A DNA stretch of 64,000 nucleotides from Harriotta raleighana (taxonomy: Eukaryota), in assembly GCA_050575255.1 (NCBI GenBank), contig JBNZDD010013701.1, positions 6,426,084 through 6,490,083 of the forward strand, read 5' to 3'. How positions within the stretch are numbered: the first letter of the stretch is position 1; every line of letters begins with the position of its first letter. Positions 11,954 to 25,535 of the stretch are shown here, in pieces. The notes under the pieces were generated by a model. It made no database searches, was not told the DNA's origin, and saw only the letters and a program-made list of their open reading frames with translations. A program made the position numbers and the translations under genes.

Positions 11954-14611
11954 AAGACAATAGTACATTTATTATGTACTACCCATTTATTCACTTTAAA
12001 ACTTTTCACCCAATTTCTTTAGGTGGGAACATTATTTACACTACAGTATCAGCTTATTTAGCCAAAAACCAGGCTTCCACAATGTCCAAGTATTTGTTCT
12101 GGCATTTTTTTACAATTTTGTGTAGGTTCAATTTTGGGAAAACATTCCATTACACATTAGCTAACTTCGAAGAGCAAGGATAGTGCAACTAAATCTTAGT
12201 TGATAGTGCAAAAATCTTTAATATTTTGACCAACAACCTATTCATCCAATGCCAATTTATCTAATGCTATTTTATATTAAAAGTATTTAAATGCGTAATT
12301 TGAACTATCCTCAATATTAAGTTGTCAAGTTTTTTATCCATTCAAAATGATCAGCACATTTTTGCTTACTATTGTATTAGATACCTATACAAGCAGCAAA
12401 TCTAGTTAATAAAACTTGATGGTTTAAAACTTGACAATATTAACATTATACTTACTGACCAAAACCTATTTCTTTGGCCGATTTTGATAATACACCTTAA
12501 TTTGACACAGTCAGCTAATATTGGCTGCAATCTGGATAGTCCAGTTCAGTGTGAAGTGTCAGAGGCTGGTAAAGTGTGCAGTATGATCTAATTAGCTAGT
12601 CTCAGTTTTGAGGTGGCGTAGGGTTAAGGCTTTAGAAGCAGCCAGCAGTGAATGCCAGGGGCAAGGAATATTGCATATTGATTTTGACTTTTATTTTTCC
12701 TGATGTAAAATTACAATATACAGTACAAGAGTAGTTCTTAAATTGACTTAATAGGGTTTTCCTAAAAATGAAAAAGTAGGCTATCACCAGTAGTGTGTAC
12801 TCAATTAAAAAAATGTCTTTTGCACAGATTGGTATGTCAGTGAACAGTCAGAATAGGGCACAAAATGACAACTTTTTAAAAATCGCTAGAAGAAAAAAGG
12901 TTAGAAGGCATTTTATAGTGAGGTGATCAGAATATGGATGTCTTTAAAGCAAACTGAATATTAAAGCAAATTGGATAGATAGTTGAACGAAAATATGTTT
13001 AAAGAGATCAAGTGAAGAGCTCTAGCAAAATAATTAATACTGGAAAAGATATATTGGGCAGAATGACTCCCTTCTGTTTGCAGAATTCTTTGGTTAGGGT
13101 TGATTATATATCTACACTGTAGTTTGTTCTCCCAAATGTATAGAACACCAAAGCATCCAAAGTGTGCCAGTATAATTGGGAAGTTGCATACTACAATCCT
13201 TCTGTATTCATGTCCAGGGATATACAGTAAAAGCCCGTTTATCCGTGACTCGATGAACCGTTCAACCGNGGAATCAAACCCAGATCTCTCGCTTGGAAGA
13301 CAATAGTACATTTATTATGTACTACCCATTTATTCACTTTAAAACTTTTCACCCAATTTCTTTAGGTGGGAACATTATTTACACTACAGTATCAGCTTAT
13401 TTAGCCAAAAACCAGGCTTCCACAATGTCCAAGTATTTGTTCTGGCATTTTTTTACAATTTTGTGTAGGTTCAATTTTGGGAAAACATTCCATTACACAT
13501 TAGCTAACTTCGAAGAGCAAGGATAGTGCAACTAAATCTTAGTTGATAGTGCAAAAATCTTTAATATTTTGACCAACAACCTATTCATCCAATGCCAATT
13601 TATCTAATGCTATTTTATATTAAAAGTATTTAAATGCGTAATTTGAACTATCCTCAATATTAAGTTGTCAAGTTTTTTATCCATTCAAAATGATCAGCAC
13701 ATTTTTGCTTACTATTGTATTAGATACCTATACAAGCAGCAAATCTAGTTAATAAAACTTGATGGTTTAAAACTTGACAATATTAACATTATACTTACTG
13801 ACCAAAACCTATTTCTTTGGCCGATTTTGATAATACACCTTAATTTGACACAGTCAGCTAATATTGGCTGCAATCTGGATAGTCCAGTTCAGTGTGAAGT
13901 GTCAGAGGCTGGTAAAGTGTGCAGTATGATCTAATTAGCTAGTCTCAGTTTTGAGGTGGCGTAGGGTTAAGGCTTTAGAAGCAGCCAGCAGTGAATGCCA
14001 GGGGCAAGGAATATTGCATATTGATTTTGACTTTTATTTTTCCTGATGTAAAATTACAATATACAGTACAAGAGTAGTTCTTAAATTGACTTAATAGGGT
14101 TTTCCTAAAAATGAAAAAGTAGGCTATCACCAGTAGTGTGTACTCAATTAAAAAAATGTCTTTTGCACAGATTGATATGTCAGTGAACAGTCAGAATAGG
14201 GCACAAAATGACAACTTTTTAAAAATCGCTAGAAGAAAAAAGGTTAGAAGGCATTTTATAGTGAGGTGATCAGAATATGGATGTCTTTAAAGCAAACTGA
14301 ATATTAAAGCAAATTGGATAGATAGTTGAACGAAAATATGTTTAAAGAGATCAAGTGAAGAGCTCTAGCAAAATAATTAACACTGGAAAAGATATATTGG
14401 GCAGAATGACTCCCTTCTGTTTGTAGAATTCTTTGGTTAGGGTTGATTATATATCTACACTGTAGTTTGTTCTCCCAAATGTATAGAACACCAAAGCATC
14501 CAAAGTGTGCCAGTATAATTGGGAAGTTGCATACTACAATCCTTCTGTATTCATGTCCAGGGATATACAGTAAAAGCCCGTTTATCCGTGACTCGATGAA
14601 CCGTTCAACCG
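11927..14611 (+). repeat. 1342-bp tandem duplication around a single N (probable assembly artefact)
   Basis: 11927-13268 matches 13270-14611 apart from about 3 substitutions that I could see; N at 13269. Confidence 0.92.
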
Positions 14612-14673
14612 GAAAGTCATTTAACCGGCATTGGCCAGGTCCCGTGGGTGCCGGATAAACGGGTTTTTAACTG
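14568..14673. mobile_element. MITE family B, 106-bp internal deletion derivative
   Basis: Both TIRs and subterminal blocks shared with 5610-6041, with TA flanks. Confidence 0.88.
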
Positions 14674-14936
14674 TACAATTAAAAACAAAGAAAAAATACA
14701 ACAAATTGCATTTAAATAGCACAGTTCATACAAGAGTGTGAAGCACTTCACAACAATGGGGTCAGATGCTGACCTGGGGGGCATGGTCTTGGGTCATGGA
14801 CATAGAGGGAGTGAGATGGAGTAGAGAGGAGATCCAGGCTTTTTTGGGGGGCATAGAATCTCAAAGCTCGGCCACTGGAGAGGAGGGAGAGGGTACAGGA
14901 TATGCAGCAAACCTGAGCGAGCAGAGAAGTAGAGTA

Positions 14937-15163
14937 ATAATTTAATAATTCTTGGATTTTATATAGTGTTCTTCTAGACAAAGTGTTTCACTGTAAAATG
15001 AATTGACTAGATTTGTGGGCAAAATGCTGCAGCCAATCGCGCACAGCAGTGTCCAACAAAAAGTCGTGGATTGAGTGACTTATCAGATGTGTTGAAAGGA
15101 AACTTGTCCAAATTTTGGTCTGCCAGGAATCGAACCCAGGTCTCTTGCTAGGTACAGGACTCC
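14937..15163 (-). mobile_element. SINE family A, degenerate
   Basis: gcagccaatcgcgcacagcagtgtcc body and gaatcgaacccagg B box. Confidence 0.8.
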
Positions 15164-15464
15164 ACAAGGGATGATCAGGAAAATAAGGAACTGCTACTAC
15201 ATGAAAGTATTTATAATTGAGGGTGATGACATTAAAAAACAAAATCAATCTCTAAGATAGTGGAGCCTGGCCTGGATGCCAGGGGCAAGGAATATTGCAT
15301 ATTGGATGCCAGGGGTGGCTGACATTTGGTTTGGATGAAGAGGTTTGGGTGAGTTAGAATTTACAGATAGTGAAGCTAGTGAGGAGCACTTTTGAAAAGT
15401 TCAACCAGGACGAAACAAAAGTGTGGATAAGGCTTTTGGCTCCATTTGCCGTGGGCAATTTTGT

Positions 15465-15665
15465 AGAATCATATTACACAGCACAGGAGGCCAATCGGCC
15501 CATCATGTCTCTTTTTGAAAGAGCTAGCTAAATCAGTCCCACTCCCTCTCTCTTTCCCCATAGCCCTGCAAACTTTTCATCCTCAAATAATGATCTACTT
15601 GACTCTTAAAAGTTGTTATCGAATCGGCTTCCACCACCTATTCAGGCAATGCATTCCAGAAGTGA
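15465..15665 (-). mobile_element. CR1 3' end
   Basis: tagaatcata...ggaggccaatcggcccatc...gcattccaga. Similar to 9307-9485 and 18965-19148. Confidence 0.7.
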
Positions 15666-17394
15666 AGAAAAGGGACTGGATGTGAGGGAGAAAGGACAGG
15701 TGTGAAAAGGAATGAATGGCTTGAGCACTGTATTGCACAATGGTTTCCTGCGGTTGTGTATCTGAAGTTTAATCTAAGACAACAGAATCTTAATCCACGA
15801 GTGCACCATCACCATTTGAATTGAAAGCTAGCACTCGGCCAGTAGGTTTTAATTATTTATGTGATACTACAACTTAAGATGCAAGATACCAATCACAATT
15901 GTTCCAACATGTATATGAATTTGTATTATTGTAACTATAAATAGGGATAGACAAACCTTTTTCCCCGTTTGATGTCTCTCCTCACCCAATATGAAACGCT
16001 GGTCAGGTCTTTTACACCGCAATGATCTCCTGATTGAACAATACTAATTTTGAGGACAGAATTGCGATTTTTCCATTCCATGCCAATATGCATTGTTGGC
16101 ATCAACATCCTAGAATACAAAAACAGAAAGATGTCTACATATGAGCTACAGGTTATTTTTCTTACGATACAAATGCTCCATGCATCACTGATCAACAATA
16201 TTCTGATTGTTAAACTCTGTATATGAAGCACCATGAATATTAATTCAAACAAATGCCTAAAAAAAGAAAATGTACAAGACTGCGTATTTTAAGAGGTTGG
16301 TAAAATTACCCTTTAAACACTGTTATTAATGGAAATCACAACTTCAAGAAGGCCACAAAAATTGATTGCACTTTATTTTATACCAGTCAGAATCAACCCA
16401 GACCAACATAGTCCCTTCCCAGAGTGGAAGGAATAAAGAATGTAAAACCAGTATTTTAGTTTAAAGGTTAATGGTTCCTGACCTCTTCCGATATGCAATA
16501 CAAGAACCATGACTGACAGCTAAAAGGTGTTCAGCAGAAAAATGAAAAAGTTTTGTTAAATTCTGTTCAGCAACCATTCTGTTTCAATACCTCAAAAACA
16601 GAATTATGTTGAAAATTGATACTTACCCTACTCATTCCTAATGATAAATCTGTATGATAATATTGTCTACTTGCTGGTACACATCAATGAATCTCCAACA
16701 CTGTCATGAAATTCAAAAACTAGGTAATAGCATATTAGTTGCAACACATAAGACACTTCAGTGGATCAGAAACAGGTCACTCTTAACTGATCCACTTACG
16801 AATTCTGACCTTTTAAGACACCAAACAGAAACCATTGATGACTGCTACTCAAGAATAAGGACCGACAGCATGAGCACACATCTTATTGTAAATCCAGCAC
16901 AGTACTCTAAATAGAAGATTCTTCAACTCTCTATACAGGCAGATATTTAAGGGGGAAACCATTAAGATGGGACTGTGATGAGGTGGTACAATATGTTGTG
17001 GCATGAAGTGGCAGAATCTCTGCCCACGATTCTTCATACAGTAAGTTCTATCTCAGTTGTGCAAGTGTAGGGAGACACAAAGTGCAGCCAGGGATTTTCC
17101 TAGAGGGATGGGGGAGGGGGGGGGAAAAATCAGAGGGCGATTCTTGTGCATCTCCTAGCAGCTGTCTCAAGAGCAGCATCAGCAAGAGGCCTGGGTGCAA
17201 CCTGTCTGTCCACTCTCTCACTAGAGAATTGCACCATGCACCAAGGGACCTAAAAGAGGTAGAGGAAAATAAAGTTGTTTTAAAAAAAAACTTTCAGCTT
17301 TCAAGAGTATAAAACTGTATAGTTAACGTTAAACACTAAATGTAGACCCAAAACAAGTCTTGTGCTAAAGCCAGTCGACTTTTGGTTTCCCATC

Positions 17395-17850
17395 ATTTTT
17401 TCTCCCCTTCTCCTCTCCTGAAGGCATCAATTGATGTGGTGAATGATTCCACAGGTCCTGGTAGCCCTCGGGCACCTTGCCCAAGTGGTCATTCTTCACA
17501 GGTAAACCTGAACAGTAATTGCTGACAGGCTATTCAATTATTGGGGGTGGGGGCATCACAGCCAAACTCAATCCAATCTTCTCTTTTCACTCACACACTC
17601 AACTTGCACGGACTCACACACACATTTTTCCAGTAGGGGTCATTGGATAGCAATCAGGAGTGGGAACCCAGGCTGATTTTCTCCTCCCTAACCCAGGGGC
17701 ACTGAAGCCAATTGTAGTACCCCAACTGCTAACCCTAGCTGAGTTCAGCTAACTCAGCACAGACCAGCATTCAAACCTGTGACTTTTTGGTCTGTATGGC
17801 TTTGTGTTGCACCAGGAGATGCCTTTCCTCACTAGGCCATCAGGGAGCCT
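17395..17850 (-). mobile_element. Ancient SINE, AmnSINE2-like, near full length
   Basis: Minus strand: gccatacagacc...tgctgagttagctgaactcagc...tacaattggcttcagtgcccctggg...tgaagaatgaccacttgggc...ccttcaggagaggagaagg. Family name is from recalled consensus. Confidence 0.7.
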
Positions 17851-19148
17851 CTCTTTTGGTTTAATACACCATTTAAACATAGGAAACTGAAAAGTGTGAC
17901 TGTAAATCATTTCACTAGGGCTTTAAAAAATTGAATTCCCTTTCTATATCACAAATGCTAATTTTGATATGAATACAACATACTACACATCCTTTCTTGC
18001 ACTTCTCACGTACAGTACTTGCTATAATCCTTTCAAATCCATAGGAGTTACATAACTGCCCAACTATCCCATATAAGTAACTAATGATAAGAACTAAGGA
18101 AATCAATTTGTGCACCATCCAACCCACTAAAATATTTTTAAAATCAACGGTAAAGTAGTAACTACGAAAAAACTTCAACAGACTCCTTCATACAACTTAT
18201 TGATCAAATACACATAAGGGAAGCAAATATTCAGTTCCTTCCACAGAGCCCCAATGTCAGCAGTGAAACTGTGAAAAACAACTATCTACCTTCCCCCTAA
18301 TTTTGCAAACAAAACAGCTTCTTAACCACAGAGGCTGACAGACCATGAAAGCCCAGGGACAGGAGTCAGGGATATCTTCCAAACTAAAACTCAATTATTT
18401 GTACTTGACCATATACCATGCATCACCCGACCCTCTCAAAAACCTTTCCCAATCAATACCAACTTGGACAAACTAAATATTTTAATTAGAACAATTAGAA
18501 CTAAAAAATATTTTAAAATCTAATGTTCCAAGGAACAAACCACAGAACACCATGATCTGACAATCAGAAATCCAGTAATATTAATATCGACATGAGATCA
18601 GATAGAATTATTATGGAGACTAAAGATGCCGTGCATCTAGGTAATTAAATGTTGCCCGGTTTATATTCTGCTGTTTGCAATGAATTAGAGCAGTGCAGCA
18701 TAAATCCTGGTTGAGCAATGTGATCTGAAAACAAAACTGCATTGGAAACCCTGTTGCCTAGATCACATTTAAGTGAGTTTCAATTTAAACTACTACAGTA
18801 CAAAATGCAAAAAAAAAGGCTCAGCTCAGAAAGGTCTCCTAAAATGATCACCCAAGAACTTTCAAAGGAAGGTTTATGGATTTTACTAAACATTAACAAA
18901 AAAATCCCCGATATTCAAGTTTTGCCTACCTAAGACTTCTCCTCAGAGGAAGAAATAATAAAGGAACTTAGGAACAGGAGTAAATCATTTAACCCCTCAA
19001 GCCTATTCCGCCAATCTAAGATCATAGATGATCTGCACCTCAACTCCAAATACCCATCCTTGCCCCATAGCCCTTGATATCCTTATCTAACATATATCAG
19101 TCTTGAAAAGGCTCATAGCCTTTTGGTGGAGTTCCAGATTTCCACTGC

Positions 19149-19730
19149 AACAACATCAACAACTAGTATTTATATAGCGCTCTTCACGTAGGGTAGCCTC
19201 CGGAGTGCTTGACAATGGCAGAGTCGAGCCCATATCCAGGGGGAGGGGGAAGTGACTGTAAAGCACTACTAAATAAAAAGGTCTTTAAGGCAGGATTTAA
19301 AAGTGGGAGGAAGGGGGAAAGGTGTAGGGATTGAGGGAGAGTTCCAGAGGATCATGGCATGATGACTGAAGATACAGCCACTGGTGGTGGAGTGGAGAGA
19401 ACGAGCGACAAACAAGAGGCCAGAATCAGCCGAGCGGAAGCAGCGGATGGTGGAGTGGCTGGGAGAGAGAGAGAAAGCAAATCGGACAGGTATGAAGACT
19501 CAAGGCATTTGAGAACAAGCAAGAAGATCCAGAAATCAATCCACTCGGTAATTGGAAGCCATGGAACACAAGGACTGTTGTGACAGGGGTAGTTTTGTCT
19601 TGGTAAGTATCCAGGCAGTGGAGTTTTTAGTTAGTTGAATTTTGTGAATAGTGGAGCTGAGGAAACCAGTGAGGAGGGCATTGGAATATCCAACCAGGTA
19701 GTAGTAAAGGTGTGGATGAAGGTTTCGGCT
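19149..19730 (-). mobile_element. L2 LINE 3' fragment
   Basis: AETFIHTFTTTWLD peptide; tail tttatatagcgctcttcacg. Confidence 0.8.
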
Positions 19731-22615
19731 GTCGATCCTTTGGTGAAAAACTGCTTCCTGGTTTCACTCCTAAATAACCTTGAACTAATTTTAAGATTAT
19801 GCCCCCCCTGTTCTGGATTTCCCCACCAGAGAAAATAGCTTATCTGCATAAGATCAAGCTCCCAGTCTACATCACTTCTACTGGAAGCAAAAGACTTCAA
19901 AAAACAAGCATGGGATGGATAGCTTGTCATGTTGGTTATAAATTTCTGTTTGGATACAACCTGTATATTTTGGACATTGCTGATGGTCAACGGCAGAATT
20001 AAAATCAGGGCAAATGACTGATCTGTCTGTTGAAAAGCACAGAACCAGTCTACCGGGTCAACAATCTGTTCTTTTACCAGCTGAGGTTTTCCAGAAGATG
20101 GTTTGACCTCCATGTTATGAGAATATAAGTTTTTAAACTATCCGCCATCTCAGGAATAAAGCAGATTGTTTAACCAATGTCTTCAACTGTTTGGTGAAAA
20201 CAAACTCTCGAAGCCTCTGTATACAGAATGTTGATGAAACCAGTCCACAACTGTCAGGTGACCTGTCAATAGATTGCACTGCACATCTATCATGTCATAG
20301 TATGTAGCTTCATCCATTGATCATAAATCAATATGCAAAGACAGCCTCTTTGCTATTTTACAGATCACAAACACGCTCAATTTCTGCATCTCACACCAAA
20401 TTTATCTTGAAATGCTCGGGCAAGCAACTCCTTTGTATCTACATCCACGATAGATGCCTGGCAATACCTACCTTGCCTTGTGCTTCGTCCGATAACTGGT
20501 CCCTCCTCCAATGGTGGCACATCTGCCTGTGCTGAATCTCTGAGGTAGTGGCACACGAAGCGCAGCAAAAGCCCTCTGTGGTATGAATAGCTGCATTTGT
20601 GTTGGGCATTCGTCTGCCAGGCCTCTGCTCCCCTGATGACCTTTGCATTTGTTTAATTATTGGGGAAAAAAACAGGTGCATAAGCCTGTTTGTATGCACA
20701 TAAATGAATTACTATCTTCTTTTTAAAAGTAAGCTAACCATAAAGTGTACTACGAATGTAGAAAATTTAAGACTTTTCAAAAATGAATACTATAGGAATT
20801 TACGTAGCACTATAAGTTACAAATCAATCTCATCAAGACTTTGTAATGTTCACAACTTTAAATGCAACACTTACCAAAATGAAAGTTGCCCCTAAACTTA
20901 ACTCTTCCAAATCGTCAATGGATTCAAATGCATAAAGGTGGATCCCTTCGCTAGTGCAGGATATAGTAGTTGTAGTTCTCGTGTACCCTTCCTTTGGCCC
21001 CAAGAGCAACCAGCCATACATTTTTCCCTCTCTTGGGTACTTTTCTTTACATCAGGTGCTTTTTTTTGAATGTCTCCAATTCACTTAATTTCACCCCTAT
21101 TTGCTAGTTCTCTATCCTTCATGTAATTTTATAGGGATCAAAATATCTTGTTTCTAACTTGGCAATGTTAATCTTAAAAAAAATTACCAAGTGTTTGACC
21201 ATGGTGATTTAAACCTACCAGAAATATCATTTTTTTTAAAATGGAATAGAATTGCCTCTTCAGGAACATTACTCCAAATCAGTGACCCCCAACATCTATC
21301 AGTAGAATACTCAAAGCCATAAAGCTGCAAAGTTGATTTCTTCCAATCATGTGGTATATGACGAGTACTGGAAAATCTTAACATTATTGATATGAAGTTA
21401 GTTTTAGTCTTTCAAAAAGCATTGCGTCAATCCCACAAATTCCAAGGTGACATATGTCACTGTAAGAATTAATTAACCAGTATTCAAGCCTGTGTGGAAC
21501 GTTGACATTGAAAGAAAATCCACTGGCAATCCAAAATGGTAGGCTCTTCTTGTGCCAACATTTAAAACCTTGTGTGAAAATTCTGTGATTGTATACAATT
21601 ACAAGCTTTTCAAAAAAGGTGAAATAGATCACATTTACAATACATTGTTTGTCATGAAATCATGATACATCTTGATGAATGATGAAAGACATTAAATGGC
21701 CTGCAAACATCAGCAGTTGTAGCAGACTATATCATTGATTTTGCCAAGGAACTAAAACTTATGCATTCCAATTACAGTATTTCCAATTTAAAAATCAAAC
21801 AACAGACATTTAAAACACATGCCAAACAACTGATTTTTTTTCTTTTCAGGGAATAAAAACACAAGTTATCAAATGCAACCAGTACATTTCTAGTTTTTAA
21901 ATATTTTGACATACATATTTATTCATTGAATTAGATTCTGTTCAAACCTCATTATCTTTTATCACCCTTTTAATTTTACTAATGAAAACATTGATCAAGA
22001 GAAAAAGACCCTACATTAGAAATTCATACCTCTGTAAATGTACATTACATCTGAAAACAGCTGGCATGCACTGTGACCTGCATTCAAGCTGACAAATGAA
22101 CCAGCAATTCAAATTGAACAAATGAATTGCTGGATGTTTACAAAACTGACCACTGATTACTTACCCACTAGCTACACCTTGCATTCTGGCGCAGTGTCAG
22201 GATCGGATGCCTTATACACCAATAGCTGTTGACACCAAACAAGAGATCCAAAAAAAATACTAAAACACTGCACGTTCATCTGTCCTTTCACGCGTCACCT
22301 ACACATTCTCGATTTAGTCAAAATAACCCTTCCCATGAGTTTATTGCACTCATCCACCATAATAGGGTGGCTTACAGATAATGGGAGAAGTCTTGGAATA
22401 AACAGCGAAAAAGGTGTTTGCAACCTTTCTTTTGTGCCATGAACGTGCCAGCCACATTGACAGTATGTACAGCTCAGGTATACATATTAGTGATGTTCAG
22501 GAGTTTGGGAGTTACTGTTCTACATTCGCTCCAAGACCCTTCTAATCAAATAAATGAAGTGTACTGAAGCATTTACTTAGAAATGTGTAATGAGAAACAA
22601 AGGTTTTTTTTTCGA

Positions 22616-22674
22616 GGGGGGTGGGGGGGGGGGGGGGGGGGGGGGGGGGGGAGAGGAGGGAGAAATACTTTCAN

Positions 22675-22767
<93 letters not shown>

Positions 22768-22788
22768 GAGGAGGGAGAAATACTTTCA
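22616..22788 (+). repeat. Poly-G tracts duplicated across an N gap
   Basis: (G)n-agaggagggagaaatactttca occurs on both sides of the N at 22674. Confidence 0.9.
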
Positions 22789-24545
22789 GTCAAAAGCAAT
22801 CCCCACATAAATGTTGTATAAATATTTTTTCAAAAAATTCTTCCTACCTGCGAGGAGAAATTCCAAATGTGCAGAGTTGTGGGAAGTCTGCTGGTGTCCC
22901 GTCGGTTTTCCCAGCCAGAAGCGAGCCGGTGCACTGACTTACGCAGTGGTTTGGCACTGAGCAGAGTATTTTCAACCTGCACACTTCTTTCCCCTCTCCC
23001 ATCAGTGATTTTCCCCTTTGTGGCAACAGACTGTTTTTGGAGTCTGAGTTCATGTCCAGTCCTGACTGATGGGATGAGTTTCCACTCTATTGCATGAATG
23101 GATCCTAGATTGGACTGTGTAAAACCATGGGTGCAGATTCATAGAACAAAACTGCACATAATTTGGAGCTAATTGGCAAACTTGGGAGGGATAACTAGTG
23201 TAAGAAATGACTAACATTTCCAGGTGCTCTTCTGAGGTTGGGACAAATATACAGTGTTGAGTTTGGGAAAGGGAGCTTCAATCTGGTTAACCTGGGCTGG
23301 AACCAATCTGGAAATTCTCAATGGGTTAAAGCAGAATTTCTGCAATAGTGATATTTCAACATAACATTCACCACGTGAAATAATTAATAATTAATTAACT
23401 AGAATTCTCCTCCCTCTGGAATTTTTAAAAAATAAACTGAAGACTGCCTTAATTTGTCACACTTTTTGGCATGCTATTTTACCACTGCGTGCTTTCTTTC
23501 CTCTATAAGAAACCCCAAGTGGTAGTTTTTGGACCGAGCCACAGCAAGGTTGAAAACGGAAAAATCAAGTAGCACTGATAGCAACAAGCTTTGATTTTAA
23601 GAGCTTGTAGATCACAGGATGAAAGTATGACTGTAAGGGCTGCCACAGCCTTGGAAGTCCTGGGAATGGATGTGTTAAGAATATGGCATGATTTATTTTA
23701 TAAACAAAGTGAAATTGCAGAAAGGAAGAAGAGAATGGCTCAAGGTGCAGTTAGAGCATGGGAAGTACAGGAAAAGAGTGACCACAGTAGCATTGATAAC
23801 ATATAGAAAGACAAATGCTATGAGAGAGAGGAGGGAGATTGGAGTTGATAGAATTAAGTATTATGTAAACTTTCCTGGTTCTTATCTACAAGTGTGAAAG
23901 TGCCAGAAGAACAGATAGGACTTTCTACAGGGCTACAAGGAGAAAAATATTGGAACCGTACCTTTTGAAGGCAGCTTTAGCAATTCAGATATTCAAGTTC
24001 CATTTCAGATCAGAGGAAATGGTGGGATCAATAAGATCAATAAATGGTGAAACGAGACAAGAGGTGGTAGTTGCTTTTGAAGCTCACAAGAGATACAAAT
24101 ATATACAATTTTTTATTGTCCCCATTAGACAGAAGAGGAGATATTTATTCAGAAAAAGATCATGTGCACCAAGTATCCTAAATCCGAAGGAAATTGAATG
24201 TAGAATGGCATAATTAACAAGTGGATAGAGTTGGATGAGTGAAATGATAAGTGGAGATCATGGATATAAAGGCAGAACATAGGGTGGGGGAAACCCTTGA
24301 TTTGATGGGAAAGAGTAGATGAAGCTTCTAGGTTACAGAACAGATAGTGATTAGATTGTTGAAAAGTACAAAATAGCAATCTATTTGGTGGTCCACAGTG
24401 CTATGCCCATAGGCAAGGATAAATGTATAACCAGTCTTCAAGAGCAGAGCTCTGTAGATGTGTAACATAGGCAAGATCAGTAGCAGAGGAGCCAATTTAA
24501 AAATCCATTCTAGCAACTAACTAATTATGCTAGAAATGTCAAAGT

Positions 24546-24575
24546 GATAGATAGATAGATAGATAGATAGATAAG

Positions 24576-24605
<30 letters not shown>
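24546..24605 (+). repeat. (GATA)n microsatellite
   Basis: About 15 GATA units with one interruption. Confidence 0.97.
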
Positions 24606-24607
<2 letters not shown>

Positions 24608-25189
24608 GCGTGTGTTACAGATGCAGACCCCATAGAGCAAGAGGGATAACCTTTTTGAGGGATAGGCTGACCATCATTTTGGAGAAGGAAAGTTGGTATA
24701 CGAGACAAACTCATTAACACAAGCATTTGAGCCTTACCCTTATGAGTTGTGGTTTAATCAACAACTAACTCCTGTGCTGGACAACGACAAAATGAAATAC
24801 TTGCAATTTATAACATGCAATGGAATGGTTTCAGAGAGCAGCATAGACCGGGATAGTCCCGGCTTCTTGGATCTTCCTGAGCAGGAGGAAAGAGCATTAT
24901 TTAGAGTTTAATGGAGCATAAAAGATGGCAGAGAACTCTTGGGTGCACACTGACTGAAGCAAGAATTAAAAGGTCTGCTCATCAGGCAAGTGCAGCAAGA
25001 ACTCTGCTTGTCAATAAAATGCTGAAAAAACACCCCAGCAATCCTCTCCAGATGATGAGGAAGCAACATTTGAACCAAAATTCTCAGTTGTGCAAGACCC
25101 ATTGAAAAATTAACCTGACAAAGACTCATTTTGAGCTTTAACAGCTTTCCTAAACATTTTTTTGCCAATTGCCTTCCCTTATCCTGCTG

Positions 25190-25535
25190 ATACATCAATT
25201 CCTACTGAGTTCCATGAGCACCAGCAGCCGACCAGTACCTTGCCTCAAATGCCCATTCTTTAAATGTGAGGTTAGACAGAGTGTCAGCAGGACATTCAAT
25301 CACTGATGTCTGAGCCCAATTGTATCCTCAGCTAGCTTTCACACACAGGCACTTTTTAGCAGAGGTCACTGGATGGTACTGTATGGGGGAAACTTAGTTG
25401 AATTTCCCTCTTCACTGCGTACTGTTAGCCAAATTTAGCACTCCTGCTGCCAGCGGAAATCAGCAGAGACCAAGAATTGAACCTGTAAATTTCTGGTCGC
25501 TATTGCTGTTTTTACCAACTAGGCCATTGGGAGAG
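25190..25535 (-). mobile_element. AmnSINE2-like SINE, degenerate
   Basis: Colinear similarity to 17395-17850. Confidence 0.6.

Noticed and set aside
11887-14658. Duplicated ORFs (MEDNSTF..., MIIYLHC...)
   Set aside because: Products of the gap-associated duplication; no coding features.
20670-20699. Possible pseudoknot (aaacagg/cctgttt plus gtgcata/tatgcac)
   Set aside because: Short stems with a 1-nt linker; sterically unlikely and plausible by chance.
22583-22937. Poly-glycine ORFs
   Set aside because: Translation of poly-G runs across an N gap.
24610-25200. Protein-looking short ORFs
   Set aside because: No recognisable motif, no splice support, broken frames.
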